Source of the DNA: a virus
Taxonomy: Duplodnaviria; Caudoviricetes
IMG/VR virus record: IMGVR_UViG_3300017763_003980
Length of the DNA: 64,000 nt
Strand: one strand, 5' to 3'
Shown here: one piece after another, positions 22,201-28,924 of the stretch
Numbering within the stretch: the first letter of the stretch is position 1
Layout: the number at the start of each line of letters is the position of its first letter
The notes under the pieces: generated by a model
What the model was told of the DNA's origin: nothing
The model's database searches: none
Seen by the model: only the letters and a program-made list of their open reading frames with translations
Program-made: the position numbers and the translations under genes

Positions 22201-22810
22201 TCATGATTTAACCATAACACTCCAAAGCGGTACCGGAGACAACTTATCAGAACCAAGTAAAGGTCAGAATTTGCCAGGCATTATTTTTATAAATGGTGAA
22301 CGTATTGAATATTTTACTAAAAAAGATGATATTTTAGGACAGCTACGTAGAGGTACATTAGGTACAGGAGTTAAAGATATACATGAAGTTGGTTCAAAAG
22401 TTTATGACCAAAATATAAGCAAAACAATACCGTACAAAGATATGACAAGAAGTCAAAATTTCACAGGAGATGGCGTTGCTACAGAATTTACACTTGATTT
22501 AGATGCATTAACCTACAATGAATTTGAAGTTTTTGTAGCTGGTAAGAGATTAAGGAAAGTAAATTTAGAATCCTTCCAGCGTGTAAATGCACTTGATAGT
22601 CCAGAAGGTGATATTACACTACCGCCAGAGTTTAGGTATGATAGAGAAACACAAGTTTTAACGCTAGCTGAACCTCCGTTAGACAAAACTAATGTTACAG
22701 TAGTACAAAAAACAGGACAAATATGGACAAATATAGGTCAACCATTAGGAGAAGCTGAAAATTCAATAGCACGATTCTTACGAGCAGGAAGTTCGGCGCT
22801 ACCAGAATAA
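7289..22810 (+). CDS. Giant (5173 aa) multidomain baseplate/virion structural protein (gp7-like position)
   Basis: Single uninterrupted 15.5-kb ORF coupled to gp6 by a TAATG overlap. It contains CBM5/12-like repeats, FG-GAP/propeller-like repeats (FGSNF, LGESISISSDG, FGKKV, FGYAI, FGEKI), ITDSGRGY-type repeats and C-terminal beta-sandwich repeats (EFTADGTTKAYTLS, FTGDGVATEFTL). Confidence 0.8.
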   Translation: MAYDDNQNESPLPADGKVKKISTDFLPKFFRTEANRKFLQGTLDQLITPGVAEKVSGYIGRNTAKAFTPTDNYIGDISNDRTNYQLEPATVIKDNFDNVTFYKDYNDYVNQLGVFGSNNKNHSRLNNQETYAWNPNIDYDKFVNFREYYWLPNGPTTVPVRGQSKEIVSTYTVTTSDQTDNIAYVFNDGLTVNPTIKLYKGQTYRFEIDTPGHPIAFSISRTFTPGTAVLTAGSEGLRADGQFDGQLYGNNYDQGEYIVLPSSGSVTFDADENVSTLYPDGITKYGEEGEVLSVVYVEKGTIEFTVPLNAPDRLYYVSKNAIDTSGLIRIYDIEENSAINIDEEVLGKKTYKSANGVEFTNGMKVTFQGEVTPAKYATNLWYIEGVGDKISLIRDKDLIIPAAYTEDKLIPFDTDKFDELPFADSKAYAETKDYITINRASKDRNPWSRYNCWYHKEVVLASEKYNSLPETLDETTRAKRPIIEFEAGLKLNNAGVFAKDDVDLVDNFTKDVFSTIEGTAGYNIDGIDLADGMRVLFTADTDVLVNGKIYKVKFITIDNIRQISLIETSDTTPQDLECVLVTQGDSFAGTSFYYKTNKWVQAQQKTKTNQQPLFEVFDANKNSFSDETFYNSTTFPGTKIFSYKQGSGTPDVELGFPLSYRAINNSGDIVFNFCLLSDTFTYQDDTELYTQRIDTGYLKKYKNLTSFEYVNGFSKIPTSSKQLVINQYNVTDLENNNFSVEAYRKSGDLNDLKVIVYVDNILKLKSVDYEIDRINGVAIVRFYKDLLDGQFVKIKTDSNAEKDIGYYEFPYNLERNPLNDDITEFTLGEVIDHVDTMIEDIPTFKGVYPGRSNLRDSGETDHFGKRFVKHSGPINIANYHITNKNFNIIKALRHSKNEYSRFKRSFLEKAVTLGFDGPVKKHFDRILQDLNKDRVKTESFYFSDMLAYGDANRLEYTVLDSDTEIYPMTSAFTLGTLSEKSVNVYLNGIQLTHGKDYTFNSDGYAVITATKFVNDIIEIYEYENTDGSFIPATPTKSGLYPKYYPELIIDDSFVQEGTLETGPFKLYGRTEQTTKSYKGKVGWFYPLYTSKEEAIAADSDSSADTGTAHMHVFEGLSQVFWMPDTQMNHATVDDLSLEEYPRGVAMIRGHDGSYVKAYKDFRDELLLELERRIFNNIKVEYDINRLDINEFLGGEYRKSEFTRHEVNSTLLSDFIQWTRGIDKDYTVNDFYNINNSFTFNFSSAKTPLGNDVPGFWRGAYLHAYGTDRPNATPWEMLGFTMKPSWWDTTYGPAPYSGDNLVLWRDLEEGRIKEPGKAEVVNGKYARPGLTNHIPVDSQGRLKSLTKSNFAQGFLTRQGSNGFKFGDVAPVESAWRRSAEYPFAVLSAYLLNKPAKVMGLGFDVSRTKKNLANQWVYAETNKPIKLSSVKMPNTYNDEVRTLTCGLVNYIYNLVSSDILTLYSEYKSDLAVLTNQIGFKVGGFTDKTKFNLILDSRSPTQQVDRDGIFVPQESFKVFTNTSSPLTMAIYSGIAIEKAANGYIVRGYNNTVTHFEYYAPIIGTSKVNVSVGGISETTADFKANTFYAKGTIIQEERDFYRVTEDFTSGESFTTENVARLSELPEVGGRTAEFKRDFDKSQILKLNYGTRLATIQEVVDFILGYNDRLKDLGFDFNEFNSNTETVSNWSESCKEFMFWTTQGWASGTLIVLSPSANQVSFTRSFSVVDNLNDPFYDYSIFKADGQPLDTDFISYNRDGNSFVLETDDTDDGVYHTALPLVQKEHVVLLENKTSFSDIIYEPKSGYRQDRLKVSGYKTDEWNGGLNLPGFLYDEATITNWTQWKDYKIGEIVKYKQFYYVATVNISGTKSFEAKSWYQLSEKPEPELIANLDYKAGQFADFYDLDSDGFDKEQQKLAQHLVGYQKRQYLANIINDDISQYKFYRGYIADKGTMNSLTKLFESLATTNTETALDFYEEWAIQTGRYGATESEKEIRINLKQDSYTEAPQSFELINTLPDTNFENIYRILPNEMFDKPFDYTHEPFPTKFIPSKDEVIKTGGNVNEDDVDFLAGSIAELSLGDVNAAGHGDYIWVIETGKGTWNVYQVVPANVNVISARVRNDSLSTDGMRLIELTTDRYVDIRSDNKAPLLLQSDIIGIKDADEFKLSGMYAIEQDGIELNKITIKADITSNVTDFLEQSFPLVKLRTVRVPTLDFLTRQRYNFLTKQRIWVDNLDGDWAVLENNPVFRNEQTIQNPTEWDSTSQKFGSNFTVTNDNNNLFVTASGDSNGKVHYYRRTNEKNNFSLDATIQINSDDNLLNGSASKLGESISISSDGEYLVAGMPEATGVKTKFKGDFDKSITYTKGDIIKYRESLWKANREILPEIAQQPFTTFDSYVNLASVADGDSTTLQLLVAGDPGLANNMVDHILVRAPKDMYLGTSPGDIVNLYWNTRSYAFPTLDSYTPFNSQIPEITATFISQSHPIIHKVDHVLKIDTFVTLPSVGQTVTTNTGSGTVVYVGTRDQSAVIYIGDVNGIFSISGELFINEESFVGFYNYTDTANTNSSVDGFWYLNTGFSYSNNSVYYDTGRGLVYADVRLQTSSRPLNVYSNIQKSVGYIGAYVNLKDRASYITHLSYRGDPGGVEADQLSNKFVVRGAKEYTDVLNVGDQTEFRLYNLDNRIIDVESAGFSFDIFNKNQTVVDLWDGYIDFTFDEFDFSGNVFEPQVGDIISDVQFPNDGQGGLAITTSTTSTAEVMFYRRNFNSVRVYVKALSGDWGQLANIGKYSIQRNANASLRGDADVDRLMGTVSNVLNDIAVGTTTVGKLIVFEHSSNFPVVSNPEIVDEEYWFFNENTEQGISRLPNPPYSLNKDYRQVYNIPAESAGTAGPDNEGAVAIYRRTSDGNYTRLLVLVSEHRKANRGFGKKVKIVQKGDYYTLAISSEGLGTREDPGSIEFFRHGVRATDSFIGPYRPTEVYAIGDIVLFNDEYYKCIQVIATTISNISNPDVWENISWKSGKDQNYRGVWDNTYSYAKDSVVNYNNTLYSAKTNLAEGVAWSLDKWEAVSTKLDYTGVLPNTTANAFYGEDTFDPIQNITQFSQDFDISADGDVLITTSKQELTDSTRDIAVLVYREIDDKFLLDQTITEETTVDGFADKVSLHPAGRKIAVSRQLDDRSAIDQGSVLVYTQNSDGKFGTVVDSVKGITTPNQTLRPSQDEVSEKFGYAIDYSTDHLLISSLNGDQVIPTRFDTYEETLPANSPSDPSGLGSKYVLDMNSASKDFETTFDKEFTTFKNQKMDKGVVYVYETLGPNEVESEKFVYPLTQTTFGEKILAVGNHVYIGMPQQFGDDSTSPLVADTRGAVVDFRKNNNSKAWDKIRSSVVPADVEKIKGSFLYNKRNQQIITYVDFIDPVQGKVAGIAEAEIDFKTTYDPAFYNTGELADNNVDPNQHWAEKYVGKVWWNIGNARFAHSYQGTTNFQKNNWGKQLGDSIITVYEWVESPFLPETWDGLADTDAGLKRGISGVSLHGNTKYTTRLIYDSISKQFNSLYYFWVENKRTIPINKHRNLSIKQIASLIGDPQTQKYRYLSLFSKNKFMLVNCNDLITSDDVVLVIKYTNDSTAKQRQNTHSQYQILSKGLDTSVVNADIENKWFDSLIGFDKQKRPVPDMTIPVAGRYGVQNKPRQGMFVNKAEALKQFIERVNIVCKANLLTDEYDLSKLSLKEPLPTLISGEYDTKISNYSEIGFVSTSKVRPAKLTPVIQNGKIISVTITDSGRGYKTVPPLKLSGSGKNAEFKITIDTAGQISNVEVINQGSGYDQNTLIIVRRYTVLVEADSTVFNKWSLYSWNEVENNWFRRSIQDYDVTQFWNYIDWYATGYNQFTEIDDIIEGSYLLTSLENQVGSVVKINSIGAGGWLLLEKIADEDTEDYTVNYKTIGRQNGTVQFSDKLYDYAKNTVGFDNRSFDSYFYDSIPITELRTILNTIKDQIFTGRLAVEYNELFFASLRYVLAEQISADWLFKTSFVKAKHNLGPLYQDKTFNNNNLANYESYINEVKPYKTNVREFVSNYNNIEPTNTTVSDFDLQPEYDKLSKSIVTSNASVIDGKVVSPPGSSASYPRRHWLENNSYKVTEVVIADSGSGYTYPPTIKFTSNSGSGATAKAYLAYGKVSKIEIITKGNDYITSPTVVIEGPQTNAGTPAKATAILGDGVVRSPKIISKFDRVSGTVYYTALKEEFYATGSGDTTIYNLEWPMDLSSTKVKISIGKTNDTLIEQLRSKYTYKNIVDTSKTYARQQGQVVFSEPPAVGDIIRIEYYKPLSLLTAQDRINFAYNPTSGMFGKDLSQLMTGIDYGGVQVKSFEFDQPSGWDTEGWYTDNWDTYDNTYEDQIFTSDGSSTAVILDTPLENGIMYNFYKNGVRIDDPNYDASTEITNPTAITNSIIGDGTTRLLDLEEMGVRLLDNDIFIVRKTTSDGSVLPDADSYDTALSGGDLAYKTATGIKAEDIIVDGDGFVTPTTSGGPEELVPGQVLDTLDIKVFTRDSDGQGQIYSQSFIMTNNTTYNLGVIPRTAPAVIVKVANVILDSSQYTIDWNNNNVTLNTATPGAELNIIAMAQGVQKLLDFGQGVSTAGQSDYLTTVDWQTGVSVFVSVNGVATDVEIFNSEDSGAPIAKVGIRFKTPRTVSGEKIHYSVFSDKTKVNYSQVSKDEFTADGTTKAYTLSTTPFYAQPNEHNIIVKVGNRILNPGYNIQHTVEDNNRTYKIETFQQPVGANAASDMRVFVNGVEKFTPNEWRFDIANSAIILSDETGVNGDTVELFAITDGEYRVTGNVVTLDATPNDQDKIEIMQFSNHDLLGIERINYDVVNRTLLLSEEIQQQTKYNRLTVGEIPLRKQIVDAQYAWVSVNGELLTPSVDYYVTDDRMKIQLVKRPAKNDVIDIIHFSQNISTKKFAYRQFKDMLNRTHFKRLDKEASILRYPLTSHDLTITLQSGTGDNLSEPSKGQNLPGIIFINGERIEYFTKKDDILGQLRRGTLGTGVKDIHEVGSKVYDQNISKTIPYKDMTRSQNFTGDGVATEFTLDLDALTYNEFEVFVAGKRLRKVNLESFQRVNALDSPEGDITLPPEFRYDRETQVLTLAEPPLDKTNVTVVQKTGQIWTNIGQPLGEAENSIARFLRAGSSALPE

Positions 22811-22813
22811 ATA
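22806..22813 (+). promoter_or_regulatory. T4-like late promoter AATAAATA
   Basis: AATAAATA overlaps the giant gene's stop and ends 16 nt before ATG22830; AGGA lies between. Confidence 0.55.
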
Positions 22814-22829
22814 CAGTATAGGAAATACA

Positions 22830-23432
22830 ATGAGTGAAAATATGCAAGATAAAAACGGAGTAATGGTTCAGGGACATATCAAAATTTTTGATCCTGATTC
22901 TAAAGAAATATACGTTGAAAAGCGAAATGCAATTCATTATGAAAATATGAGTATTGCATTAGCTGAAAGTTTAAGCAATGCAGGCGCAGGATTTGTTTAC
23001 GAAATGAGCTTTGGAAACGGTGGTACTTCTGTAGATCCTACAGGGATTATTACATATCTAACTCCAAATAGCACAGGCACAAATGCAAGTTTGTACAATC
23101 AAACTTATACCAAAGTAGTAGATGAGAAAAGTGTTAATAACACTGATTCTGCTAGAAACAAAACTGAAGTAAGACACGTAAGCGGAACAAATTATACTGA
23201 CATTTTAGTATCCTGCTTGTTAGATTACGGAGAACCAAGTGGGCAAGACGCATTTGATAATGCTTCAGATCTAGATAATCAATATGTATTTGATGAGTTA
23301 GGCTTGAGAAGTTATAGTCCTACTGGTTCTGGTAGGCTTATTACTCATGTAATTTTCCACCCAGTTCAAAAATCATTAAACAGACTAATACAAATTGACT
23401 ATACTGTACGTGTACAGAGTTTAGCGGGTTAA
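22830..23432 (+). CDS. Baseplate/fibre attachment protein (tail-collar-fibre-like)
   Basis: 200 aa with CLLDYGEP...YVFDELGL...LITHVIFHPVQKSLNRLIQIDYTVRV, reminiscent of fibre-anchoring N-terminal domains; lies between the giant gene and the fibre genes. Confidence 0.55.
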   Translation: MSENMQDKNGVMVQGHIKIFDPDSKEIYVEKRNAIHYENMSIALAESLSNAGAGFVYEMSFGNGGTSVDPTGIITYLTPNSTGTNASLYNQTYTKVVDEKSVNNTDSARNKTEVRHVSGTNYTDILVSCLLDYGEPSGQDAFDNASDLDNQYVFDELGLRSYSPTGSGRLITHVIFHPVQKSLNRLIQIDYTVRVQSLAG

Positions 23433-23443
23433 GGGGATAATAA

Positions 23444-25504
23444 ATGGCATATGCAATTAGTTACACTGACTCCGTAAACAAGGGAACTATTACGGTATCT
23501 GATAATACTTTAAACACAGAAACAACTTTAAGTTTGCCCGGCAGGTTTACAACAGCATATGGTCAAGCAATAAGTGAAAATTTCTTACACTTACTAGAAA
23601 ATTTTGCTAGTGCTACAGCTCCTTTGAGGCCAGTAGAAGGCCAGCTATGGTATGATAATACTACATCCGTAGATCAGCTTAAAATTTATGATGGTACACA
23701 GTGGCAATCAGCCGCTGGATTGAAAAAAGCTACTTCTGAGCCGTCTGTATCAACTAGTAGTGCAGGGGACTTGTGGGTAAATACAGGATCACAACAGTTA
23801 TATTTGTTTACAGGATCTACTTGGGTACTAGTTGGTCCAGAATTTACAGATGGATTGCTTACAGGCACACTGACAGAAAGCATAATTGGGTCAGATAATG
23901 TTACATATCCTGTATTGTCTATTAAAATTAAAGATAAAACTGCTTTTATAATAACTGATAGTGCATTTACACCCAAAACAGTTATTGATGGATTTGCTAC
24001 TGGATTAAAAGCAGGAATGAATGTTAGTTCGTCAGCTTTTCCAGGAGGCGCACTAAAATACTTTGGTACGTCAGAAAAAGCTGAAGCATTAGTTGTTGGG
24101 AACACTACAATACCAGCTGCAAATTTTGTTAGAACTGATCAAACGTCAACAACAAATTTTGATCTTCAAGTAAAAAATAATGATGGAGTTGTAATTGGTA
24201 CTGGAGGACAACTATCATTACAAGTAGATGGTGAACAAGGTGTTATACAGCATAACACAAGTGGATCGAATATAGATTTTAGATTACGTAATGGAACTGA
24301 AACTCCAACTGTAATGCGTATTGATGCTAGTAGTAGAGTAGGCATTAACACAAATGCTCCAGAACAAGAATTAGATGTTTCAGGAAACATAAAAGTTTCT
24401 CCTAAGTCTGGTGCTGCTGGATCAGGTGTATTACAAATTACAAGTACAGTAGATTCCTCAAGTATTAGTACAGGATCGTTAACAACCACCGGAGGCATAG
24501 GAGTTGCATTAAATGCCTGGATCGGAGGCAACGTTGATGTTGGCGGAATACTACAGTCAGGAAATATTGCTCCTGATACTAATGGAACACGAAACATAGG
24601 TACATTGAATAATAAGTATAACGGAATTTATGCAAATACTTTCTTTGGTAATCTACAAGGCAACGTAACAGGAACAGTAAGTGGAAGAGCTGGTTCTGCA
24701 GACAAGTTAGCAAGTGCAACAACGTTTTCTGTGACAGGAGATGTATCAGCTGCAAGCTTTGAATTTGATGGTCAAACAGGCGGCAGCACTAAAACTTTCA
24801 ACATGTCTGTTTCAAATACATTTATATCTAATAAAACTGTAACATATGCAGCCGATAATTCAGATGAATTATTAATTAATAGACCGACCGGCGAAACTGG
24901 CGTATATAGAATTACAAAAAATAATTTTTTAAAGTCAGTACCTCTTACTCCTGTAGGTACAATGGTAATGTTCGGCGGAACAACTGCACCTCCGGGATGG
25001 TTATTTTGTGATGGGTCAGAAGTTAGAAAATCTGACTATAATGATTTATGGTTATCTATAGGATTTAACTTTAAAGACGCTTCATTAGTTAGTGACGCAG
25101 GAGTTAACTTTTTTGCAGTACCAGATATGAGAGGAAGATTTCCATTAGGATTAGATGCAATGGGAGGCTCAAGTGCTAACAGAGTTACAGATGTTGCTGC
25201 AGATAGCATCGGCGGTACAGGCGGTACACAAAACACATTACTAGGAGTTGAAAACTTACCAGAACATGAACATGATATGGAAGGCGATAGTGGTACACAG
25301 TATTATGCTACTAGGGTAGGATCAGGCACTCCTACAGATACAGGAGCTATTCAGCTATCAATCACCTCGGGCACACAGGGTACACAAGGTTTAGCTTCAA
25401 GTGGTGGTATTAAAACTTCAACATCTTTGGGAACGCCAATGAATACTATTGATCCGTACTTAGCTGTGAATTATATTATATACAGTGGAGTAACAAATAC
25501 ATGA
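23444..25504 (+). CDS. Tail fibre protein with a C-terminal phage tail collar domain
   Basis: N-terminal ENFLHLLENFA...EGQLWYD anchor shared with the next two genes. C-terminal PVGTMVMFGGTTAPPGWLFCDG...VPDMRGRFPLG collar motif and an LPEHEH His pair. Confidence 0.85.
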   Translation: MAYAISYTDSVNKGTITVSDNTLNTETTLSLPGRFTTAYGQAISENFLHLLENFASATAPLRPVEGQLWYDNTTSVDQLKIYDGTQWQSAAGLKKATSEPSVSTSSAGDLWVNTGSQQLYLFTGSTWVLVGPEFTDGLLTGTLTESIIGSDNVTYPVLSIKIKDKTAFIITDSAFTPKTVIDGFATGLKAGMNVSSSAFPGGALKYFGTSEKAEALVVGNTTIPAANFVRTDQTSTTNFDLQVKNNDGVVIGTGGQLSLQVDGEQGVIQHNTSGSNIDFRLRNGTETPTVMRIDASSRVGINTNAPEQELDVSGNIKVSPKSGAAGSGVLQITSTVDSSSISTGSLTTTGGIGVALNAWIGGNVDVGGILQSGNIAPDTNGTRNIGTLNNKYNGIYANTFFGNLQGNVTGTVSGRAGSADKLASATTFSVTGDVSAASFEFDGQTGGSTKTFNMSVSNTFISNKTVTYAADNSDELLINRPTGETGVYRITKNNFLKSVPLTPVGTMVMFGGTTAPPGWLFCDGSEVRKSDYNDLWLSIGFNFKDASLVSDAGVNFFAVPDMRGRFPLGLDAMGGSSANRVTDVAADSIGGTGGTQNTLLGVENLPEHEHDMEGDSGTQYYATRVGSGTPTDTGAIQLSITSGTQGTQGLASSGGIKTSTSLGTPMNTIDPYLAVNYIIYSGVTNT

Positions 25505-27366
25505 GCTATCAATTAAACAAAACTGACGGAACACTTTTAGCATCATTAATAGATGGGCAAATAGATACAGCTAGTACAAATTTAACATTTGTCGGTAAAA
25601 ACTATACAGGATACGGGGAAGCATTTAACGAAAACTTTATTAAATTACTAGAAAATTTTAGTAATAGTTCCGCGCCAAGCACTCCACTTACTGGCCAAGT
25701 ATGGTGGGATTCATCTGCAGGAAGACTCAAAGTATATGACGGAACAGTATGGAAAGCAAGCGGCGGTCCGTTTGTACAAAGTACAGTACCAAGTATGGTT
25801 GCTGGAGATTTATGGATAAACAATCTTACAAATCAAGTTTATGCATTTGACGGTACTGATACAATATTAATAGGGCCACAATATTCTGTAGCACAGAAAA
25901 AAAGCGGGTTTGAAATAGGAACAATAATAGATAATACAAGTAAATCTCAAACAATAGCACATCTATATGTAGGAGGAATACTTAAAGCAGTAGTAAGTGA
26001 TCTAGAATTTACTCCAGCATATGAACAAAGAATTTTAGAATTAGTTACAGATGCAAATCCTACTGGTATTATATATCAAGGTTTTAATATAATAGATGTT
26101 GATGGATTTCGTTGGAGAGGTGTTGCAAATAGTGCTGCAGGTTTAACAGATGCTCTAGGGCAAACTAGAACTGCTGAACAATTTTTAGCATCTAATGCTA
26201 ACGATGTTACAACTGGAGCATTAACAATTCAAAACTCTGGTGGTTTAACAATTGGATTGTCGCAAAATAATGTACAAAAGGTTATTGGCGATAGATTTTA
26301 TATAGAAAATCAGTTGTTAAATCATGATTTAAGTTTACGTGTGCGTTCAAGCGAATTTAACTCCCTTATTGTTGATGCTGTGTATGTTGATGCAAGTGCA
26401 TCTAGAGTTGGAATATTTACAACTAGCAGATTGCCAGCTTATACTTTAGACGTTGAAGGCGATATAAGGGCTACAGGAAATTTAATTGTACAAGGTACTA
26501 CAACTACTTTAGATACTGTAACACTTAGAGTAGAAGATAAAAATATAGAATTAGGATATCAATCAGATAGCACAGGCGGAGACGATGTTGGTGCGGACGG
26601 TGGCGGAGTTACATTACTGTCAACAGATTCCAACAAAGAAATAAAATGGCTTAATTCAACAGACTCTTGGACATTTAATAAAAATATAGATTTATCAAAT
26701 ACTTCTACAGAAATCAAAATAGGAGGACAAACTAAATTAACAAATACCAGTTTGTCAAACATTTTATATGCAGACGAATTAACAAGAGTAGGTACATTAG
26801 TAAGTTTACAAGTTGATTCGATTAATATGGACGGTAATACTATTGCAAATAGTGTAAGTGCTATTAATATTACTGCAAACGGGGGAATTAATCTTACACC
26901 TGGAGGTGATATAGCAATTTCAGGTAATCATAAGATTACCGGTCTAAAAGATCCTACAGCGTCACAAGATGCTGCAACTAAAATGTATACAGATGTAGAA
27001 ATTGCAAACGAAGTTATTGTAATGGGCTTTGATATTACAGGATTAGGTTCAGGTTCAGCACTACAAGCGGCAGTAGCAGGTTACTTAAATGATTTATATC
27101 CTGCTACAGCTATTAATAATGGTAAGCAAGCAAAACTGCATTGTACGTCATATGCTAATGCAACAGCTAGTGGAATTGACGTAGATTCTGCAAAAACTAT
27201 TTCATATATTGCTGTTGATGCTAATGGTACACAGAATGAGTCTGTAGTACAGGATATTGTGTTTGCGGGTGCTAGTGGTAACGTTGCACTTACAGCTACA
27301 CGTAGTTTAATGAGATATCAATCAAATGGATCAGGATGGGAATGGCAAGCAACTACAGCATACTAA
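25501..27366 (+). CDS. Tail fibre/baseplate protein, paralogue 2
   Basis: Same anchor (ENFIKLLENFS...TGQVWWD); beta-repeat body (RVGIFT...YTLDVEGDIRATGNLIVQG); ATGA overlap with the upstream gene. Confidence 0.75.
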   Translation: MSYQLNKTDGTLLASLIDGQIDTASTNLTFVGKNYTGYGEAFNENFIKLLENFSNSSAPSTPLTGQVWWDSSAGRLKVYDGTVWKASGGPFVQSTVPSMVAGDLWINNLTNQVYAFDGTDTILIGPQYSVAQKKSGFEIGTIIDNTSKSQTIAHLYVGGILKAVVSDLEFTPAYEQRILELVTDANPTGIIYQGFNIIDVDGFRWRGVANSAAGLTDALGQTRTAEQFLASNANDVTTGALTIQNSGGLTIGLSQNNVQKVIGDRFYIENQLLNHDLSLRVRSSEFNSLIVDAVYVDASASRVGIFTTSRLPAYTLDVEGDIRATGNLIVQGTTTTLDTVTLRVEDKNIELGYQSDSTGGDDVGADGGGVTLLSTDSNKEIKWLNSTDSWTFNKNIDLSNTSTEIKIGGQTKLTNTSLSNILYADELTRVGTLVSLQVDSINMDGNTIANSVSAINITANGGINLTPGGDIAISGNHKITGLKDPTASQDAATKMYTDVEIANEVIVMGFDITGLGSGSALQAAVAGYLNDLYPATAINNGKQAKLHCTSYANATASGIDVDSAKTISYIAVDANGTQNESVVQDIVFAGASGNVALTATRSLMRYQSNGSGWEWQATTAY

Positions 27367-27382
27367 AACAAGTTTGCGAAAC

Positions 27383-27390
27383 GATAAATA
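27383..27390 (+). promoter_or_regulatory. T4-like late promoter GATAAATA
   Basis: Lies in the 55-nt gap before ATG27422, followed by the SD-like AGGGG. Confidence 0.65.
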
Positions 27391-27421
27391 ACATAAGTAA
27401 GTACTATTAGGGGTTACATAA

Positions 27422-28912
27422 ATGGCATATCAAATAGATAGATACAGTAATACGCTTTTAACGAGTGTTGAAGACGGTACCGTTGACCAAACTACCGATT
27501 TAAAATTCATCGGTAAAAATTATGCAGGTTACGGTGAAATACAAAACGAAAACTTCCTGTTTTTGTTAGAAAATTTTAGTGGAGCAACAGCGCCATCGAG
27601 ACCGTTAAGCGGTCAGATTTGGTACGATACTTCAGTTTCAAAATTAAAATTTTATGACGGAACAAAATGGAGAACAAACGGAGGTTCGGAAGCATCAGCT
27701 ACGCAACCGACAGGATTATCAATAGGTGATTTTTGGTGGGATACTACTAATGATCAACTATATGTTTATAACGGCACAATATTCATACTAGTTGGCCCAC
27801 AGAACGCAGGCGACGGTGTAACCCAAATGCAAAGCCTCGAAGTTCTTGACACTAACGGTACTCAACGTAATATTATAGCAGGAACTGTAAATGGAGAAAC
27901 AGTTTACCTTGTGAGCTCTGCAGAATTTGATATAGGTGCTAGTAATACAATTGCAGGATTTGATAGGGTCAAAAAAGGTCTTACACTAGTTAATACAAAG
28001 TTAATTGATGACGGTGTTACAAACAGTACCAACGAAGCCGACAAGTATTATTATTATTGGGGCACTGCTCCAAATAGTTTAAAATTAGGTGGCGTAGCAG
28101 CTAGCCAATTTATTCAACAAGCAAGTGGTGGTGCAAACACAGTATTCACAACTGCTGTAGAATTTCCAGATGCAGGTATATTAATTGGTAACTCACAAGA
28201 TTTACAACTCTTTATTGAGAATGGAACAGAAGGTGTTATACAAAATGTAACCGGAAACAACAGTAAAATTAAAATTAAAAATACAAATGGTTCTGGAACA
28301 AATACGCATACTATGGATTTTACCTCAGGTGGGTTGATTCCAGCAGCAGATAATACAGTAACTTTAGGAAGTACTGGTTTTAAATGGGCAAATGTGTACG
28401 CTTCAAACTTCACAGGAGAAGCTTCGCAAGCTACGGCACTAAGAGTGGGCACAGATTTTAGAACAGCTAGTTCGAGTGCATCAAACAATACTGTAGCAGT
28501 TAGAGATGCTACAGGAAATATTGCAGCTAACTTATTCCAAGGTACTGCTACACAAGCACGTTATGCTGACTTAGCAGAAAATTATGCAACAGATCAAGAT
28601 TATCCGGTCGGTACAGCAATGGCAGTTGGCGGAGAAGCTGAAGCAAGGTCTGCAAACATTGGCGATCATTGTATTGGTGTTATATCAGATAAACCTGCTT
28701 ACTTAATGAACTCAGATGCTGAAGGTCAAGCAGTTGGCTTAAAAGGTAGGGTTCCGGTAAGAGTTAGTGGTCCTATATCAAAAGGACAAGCAGTGTATGC
28801 CTGGAAAGATGGAGTATGCAGCACTATTACAACTAATGCACTAGTCGGAGTAGCACTTGAAACAAGTACTGAAGAAGGTGAAAAATTAGTTGAATGTGTG
28901 CTAAAAGTTTAA
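27422..28912 (+). CDS. Tail fibre protein, paralogue 3, with a C-terminal intramolecular-chaperone/peptidase G2-like domain
   Basis: Same anchor (ENFLFLLENFS...SGQIWYD); C-terminal YADLAENY...IGVISDKPAYLMN...VGLKGRVPVRV..PISKG. Confidence 0.75.
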   Translation: MAYQIDRYSNTLLTSVEDGTVDQTTDLKFIGKNYAGYGEIQNENFLFLLENFSGATAPSRPLSGQIWYDTSVSKLKFYDGTKWRTNGGSEASATQPTGLSIGDFWWDTTNDQLYVYNGTIFILVGPQNAGDGVTQMQSLEVLDTNGTQRNIIAGTVNGETVYLVSSAEFDIGASNTIAGFDRVKKGLTLVNTKLIDDGVTNSTNEADKYYYYWGTAPNSLKLGGVAASQFIQQASGGANTVFTTAVEFPDAGILIGNSQDLQLFIENGTEGVIQNVTGNNSKIKIKNTNGSGTNTHTMDFTSGGLIPAADNTVTLGSTGFKWANVYASNFTGEASQATALRVGTDFRTASSSASNNTVAVRDATGNIAANLFQGTATQARYADLAENYATDQDYPVGTAMAVGGEAEARSANIGDHCIGVISDKPAYLMNSDAEGQAVGLKGRVPVRVSGPISKGQAVYAWKDGVCSTITTNALVGVALETSTEEGEKLVECVLKV

Positions 28913-28924
28913 GGATTTTAACTA

